From: a virus
Reading direction: 5' to 3' (one strand)
DNA: 64,000 bases
Virus record (IMG/VR): IMGVR_UViG_3300028588_000020
Location: 6,035-70,034 of that record
This document shows positions 62,651-64,000 of this stretch, piece after piece (position 1 is the first letter of the stretch; each line of letters begins with the position of its first letter). Made by a program: the position numbers and the translations under genes. Under the pieces are notes generated by a model. It did not search any database. It was given only the letters and a program-made list of their open reading frames with translations, and was not told where the DNA came from.

Positions 62651-64000
62651 GTGACGCCGGTACGCATCAAATTCCCCAAGCTCACCCAGCAGCAGGCCGC
62701 GACCCGCGCGTCGACGGCGCGCTTTAACGTCGTCGCCGGCGGCGTCGAGTCAGGCAAGACCACGCTGGCGCTCGATATCGTGCTGGCCTCGAAGCTGGGC
62801 GCGATCGCCGGCGGATCCGTCGCCTACCTGCTGCCCGACGACGATGCCGTCGAGTCGGCCAAGCGTCGCGTGTACAGCCTGATCCAGCCGCTGATCTCGG
62901 GCCGGGCAGGCCTGAATCGCCTGAGCGTGGGCCAGCGCGGCCAGATCACGTTCCACGCGATGGACAAGAAATTCGACCTGTGGGATCAGTACACCCTGAT
63001 CGTGGTCGATGACGCGGTTGAGATCGAGCGGCTGCTGACCACGTGGGAATCGGCCCTGTCGGGCCTGCTGCACCGCCGTGGCCAGATCTGGTTCTTCGGC
63101 AAGCCGGCCGGCGTGTTCAACGACTTCGCCAAGCTGGCCGAGATCGCGGCCACCACCGATGACGGCGCGCTCTGGCATATGCAGTCGTGGGAGAACCCGC
63201 ACGCTGACCATGGTGCGATCGATCGGGACCGCGCCAACATGCAAGAGGAGGCGTTCCAGCAGGAGCGCGGCGGGTGCTTCGTGCAGGGCGCCGTGCAGCT
63301 CTCCACGGCGCAAACCATCATCGGGCGCGACGAGACCTTCGCGCAGTGGTGCGATCGCCTGGCGGCTGACGGCCTCAAGGTGGACGAGATCCCGTTCACC
63401 CTGGATAACCGGCCGGCCATGCGCTGGATCTACGAGCAGATCCCGAGCACGGTGGAAGAAGCCTACGACAAGCAGCTCGTGCTGATGAAGTGCGCGCAGG
63501 TCGGGTTCACCGTCATGGAGATCCTGGCCATGATCTACATGGCCATCAAATTCATGCCGGCCAAAATCGGCATGTACCTGCCGGACCAGAACCTGGCCAT
63601 CATCAAGAGCTCGGAACGGTTCATGCCGATTCTGCGCACCGTGCCATCGGCCTACAAGCTGCTGATCGAGGGCGACGGTACGCCTGGGCGCAGCAAGGGC
63701 GAGGGCAACGTGATGATCCGGAACATCGCCGGATCGCGCTTTTACTTCCTCTGGACGTCGGGCAAGGGCGCCACCGAGTCGGTGCCGCTCGATATCGTAT
63801 CCCTGGACGAAGTGCAGGAAATGCGCATCGCCGACATGGAGAAGGTGGCCGAACGTAAATCGGCGTCGCGCATCAAGTACACCCTGGCCGGGTCGACCGC
63901 GAACTGGCCGGACAAGGATATCCACTACCTCTACAAGAAGGGAACGCAGCACCAGTTTCACACCCGCTGCCCGAGCTGCGGCGCCGGCAAGCCGCTGGAC
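62651..64000 (+). CDS. terL: Terminase large subunit, lambda gpA type, with an extra N-terminal ATPase-like domain (partial; runs off the window)
   Basis: Own translation from GTG 62651 stays open: RFNVVAGGVESGKTT...VVDDA...SWENPH, then MKCAQVGFT...SLDEVQEM...CPSCG. It is absent from the ORF track, presumably because no stop codon falls in the window. Confidence 0.9.
   Translation, partial: MTPVRIKFPKLTQQQAATRASTARFNVVAGGVESGKTTLALDIVLASKLGAIAGGSVAYLLPDDDAVESAKRRVYSLIQPLISGRAGLNRLSVGQRGQITFHAMDKKFDLWDQYTLIVVDDAVEIERLLTTWESALSGLLHRRGQIWFFGKPAGVFNDFAKLAEIAATTDDGALWHMQSWENPHADHGAIDRDRANMQEEAFQQERGGCFVQGAVQLSTAQTIIGRDETFAQWCDRLAADGLKVDEIPFTLDNRPAMRWIYEQIPSTVEEAYDKQLVLMKCAQVGFTVMEILAMIYMAIKFMPAKIGMYLPDQNLAIIKSSERFMPILRTVPSAYKLLIEGDGTPGRSKGEGNVMIRNIAGSRFYFLWTSGKGATESVPLDIVSLDEVQEMRIADMEKVAERKSASRIKYTLAGSTANWPDKDIHYLYKKGTQHQFHTRCPSCGAGKPLD

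Larger units (their letters stand above)
1..64000. mobile_element. Temperate myovirus-type phage genome segment, probable phage-plasmid; both ends lie outside the window
   Basis: Contractile-tail baseplate genes, tape measure, tail fiber, terminase, RecT/exonuclease and SSB occur together with a plasmid-like Rep gene and parS sites. No integrase or host housekeeping genes are seen. Confidence 0.9.

Noticed and set aside
1-64000. Frequent GGATCC/GATCCG/CGATCG words as a special signal
   Set aside because: They are explained by GAT-CCG (Asp-Pro) and ATC-G codon usage in GC-rich genes; enrichment cannot be shown without counting.
1-64000. Integrated prophage boundaries (att sites, integrase) or a diversity-generating retroelement
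   Set aside because: No integrase, host genes, reverse transcriptase or template/variable repeat pair is visible in the window.

Overview
The whole window is part of a GC-rich, contractile-tailed (myovirus-type) temperate phage genome that looks like a phage-plasmid, probably of an Oxalobacteraceae-like betaproteobacterial host (inference). Layout: tail/baseplate/fiber operon (1-20.6 kb, +); leftward early operons with a PP-loop (PAPS-reductase-like) enzyme, an HTH Rep gene, SSB, an SbcC-like ATPase, RecT and a PD-(D/E)XK exonuclease (20.6-31.4 kb, -); a rightward nin-like region with HU (31.7-36.9 kb); a ~1.7 kb non-coding, heavily base-paired RNA cassette punctuated by tRNA-fMet and an atypical tRNA (36.98-38.68 kb); a TerS-like gene, two DNA methyltransferases and many small genes (38.7-50 kb); a 1852-aa kinase-like + ADP-ribosyltransferase-like protein and a Nudix hydrolase (50.5-57.5 kb); six chromosomal-type parS sites; and a gpA-type large terminase with an extra N-terminal ATPase-like domain that runs off the window end. 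Two element-wide regulatory motifs were read directly from the sequence: a 17-bp palindromic operator inside sigma70-like promoters (10 copies) and a GTCGTGAC-N2-(-10) late-promoter motif (9 copies). The best candidate for an undescribed system is the tRNA-punctuated pair of ~700-750 nt ornate RNAs. Family assignments are from motif recognition by eye; no searches or folding programs were run.
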